From positions 27,378 through 91,377 of IMG/VR virus record IMGVR_UViG_3300044691_000347: 64,000 nt of DNA. One strand, 5' to 3'. The notes beneath the pieces were generated by a model. The model did not search any database and was not told the origin of the DNA. It saw only the letters and a list, made by a program, of their open reading frames with translations. Made by a program: the position numbers and the translations under genes. Positions 63,075 through 64,000 of the stretch are shown piece by piece. Source of the DNA: a virus. Numbering within the stretch: position 1 is the stretch's first letter; every line of letters begins with the position of its first letter.

Positions 63075-63432
63075 TGGAGCCGTCCTTAGCGATCCGGAAA
63101 CGTACACCAGGCAGCCAGCCAGTAAAAGGATTCGGGATGATGTGAACAAACCCATCAACCACGAACTCGCGGCCATCCGGGAAACGGATCACATCTGAAT
63201 CGATAACATCCGAGCCTGCCGGCGCGGTAATCTGCCCCAACAATTCGAGTATGTTGCCTTGCTGGGCGTCATCCCGGTCCAGGATCCATTTCAGGTCACA
63301 CGGGCCGATCTGGTGTGTCGTCTCATTCGGGCCGATCAGGTCGCCCTGCCAGTCCCGCTCATTCGCGGCACCGGTGCGAACGACCGTCAGCAAAATGCCT
63401 GCCGGGAAGGTTCGCGGCGCATAATTCACCAT
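63055..63432 (-). CDS. head-to-tail stopper
   Basis: P.GSDV..SD.I....REF.VDG...NPFTG. Confidence 0.75.
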   Translation of the reverse strand: MVNYAPRTFPAGILLTVVRTGAANERDWQGDLIGPNETTHQIGPCDLKWILDRDDAQQGNILELLGQITAPAGSDVIDSDVIRFPDGREFVVDGFVHIIPNPFTGWLPGVRFRIAKDGSSGLRRL

Positions 63433-63848
63433 GTGGTCGGCTCCGACGAGGCGAGACCGACACTCCGAAGAATATCGATCGCAGCCTCAGACAGCCGATC
63501 TAGTGTCGCCGCTATCTCATCGGCTTTGACCGAGTCCGCGTACGTGACGTTTCCGCCATCAGCGGACTGTGACTGGATGCCGATCACACGCCCGACAGTC
63601 CCCGCGGCCGGATTGATCCCGGCAAGCGACCACATAGCCGCATGACAGCACGTCGCGTCCCGCATTGCCTCCGCGAAGTCGTCATCTATCGGCAACCCGC
63701 TCGGCTCCGTGTAGTACAGGTCGTTGCGGGTGGCGCGCCGGACCAGCAGCGAGGCATACCGTATGAGGGTCACCGCATTGTCTGGGGCTGTGCTCCCGTC
63801 AAGCCAGTCACCTGTGATCAGGTCATCCGGCACCGCATACGTGAGCAT
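63426..63848 (-). CDS. head-to-tail adaptor
   Basis: YA..DDL...LIRYASLLVRRAT...DATC...AIDILRSVGL. Confidence 0.8.
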   Translation of the reverse strand: MLTYAVPDDLITGDWLDGSTAPDNAVTLIRYASLLVRRATRNDLYYTEPSGLPIDDDFAEAMRDATCCHAAMWSLAGINPAAGTVGRVIGIQSQSADGGNVTYADSVKADEIAATLDRLSEAAIDILRSVGLASSEPTTW

Positions 63849-63853
63849 GGCCG

Positions 63854-64000
63854 TTACTCCGGGGCCTTCGGGGTGCGCGGCTTACGGGTAGCGCGAGCAG
63901 GCTTCGGCTCGGCAGCAGGCTTCGGCCCATCTGCGGGCTTGATCTCGTCGACAGTCTCAGGCGCCGGCTCAGGCTTCGGCTCGGCGGCCTTCTGCTCGGA
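63854..64000 (-). CDS. 3' end of a Pro/Lys/Ala-rich protein (head module, truncated by the window)
   Basis: ...AEPKPEPAPETVDEIKPADGPKPAAEPKPARATRKPRTPKAPE*. Confidence 0.5.
   Translation of the reverse strand, partial: SEQKAAEPKPEPAPETVDEIKPADGPKPAAEPKPARATRKPRTPKAPE

Larger units (their letters stand above)
1..64000. mobile_element. Temperate actinobacteriophage (siphovirus) genome segment in excised/attP configuration, probably Nocardia-infecting
   Basis: Tail, lysis, integrase, repressor and replication modules occur in canonical order, and phage genes lie on both sides of int. The DUF397/DUF5753 proteins look Nocardia-like (inference). Confidence 0.93.

Noticed and set aside
1-64000. 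CRISPR array, DGR/retron, IS element or rRNA
   Set aside because: No regularly spaced repeats, reverse transcriptase (YxDD context), transposase or rRNA-like sequence was recognised.

Overview
High-GC (Actinobacterial, most likely Nocardia-type host) temperate siphophage DNA in its un-integrated (attP-containing) arrangement. Read right-to-left on the minus strand it runs: head-tail connectors, major tail protein, tail assembly chaperones, tape measure, minor tail proteins with an embedded lysis cassette, then accessory genes (Xre-DUF5753 plus two DUF397, secreted and membrane proteins), then xis-int-attP, an Xre plus multi-TM module, a divergent immunity repressor, a recombination/replication operon (YqaJ exonuclease, DnaQ-like exonuclease, three HTH paralogues, HNH, replication initiator, C5 methyltransferase), and about 25 kb of small hypothetical genes ending in WhiB, RuvC and a phage-borne dnaN cut by the left edge. 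Two plus-strand islands with their own promoters interrupt the early region (9.85-16.6 kb and 25.5-26.8 kb). The most notable observations are: (1) the putative attP core is a copy of the first codons of ettA with a replacement leaderless promoter; (2) an Xre-DUF5753/DUF397 switch sits upstream of xis-int behind a hairpin array; (3) a TACGATAG-type motif recurs at several promoters; (4) a Cys-rich miniprotein island carries a repeated extended RBS and candidate structured RNAs. No CRISPR array, rRNA, canonical tRNA, reverse transcriptase or IS element was recognised. All family calls are by eye from motifs; no database searches were run.
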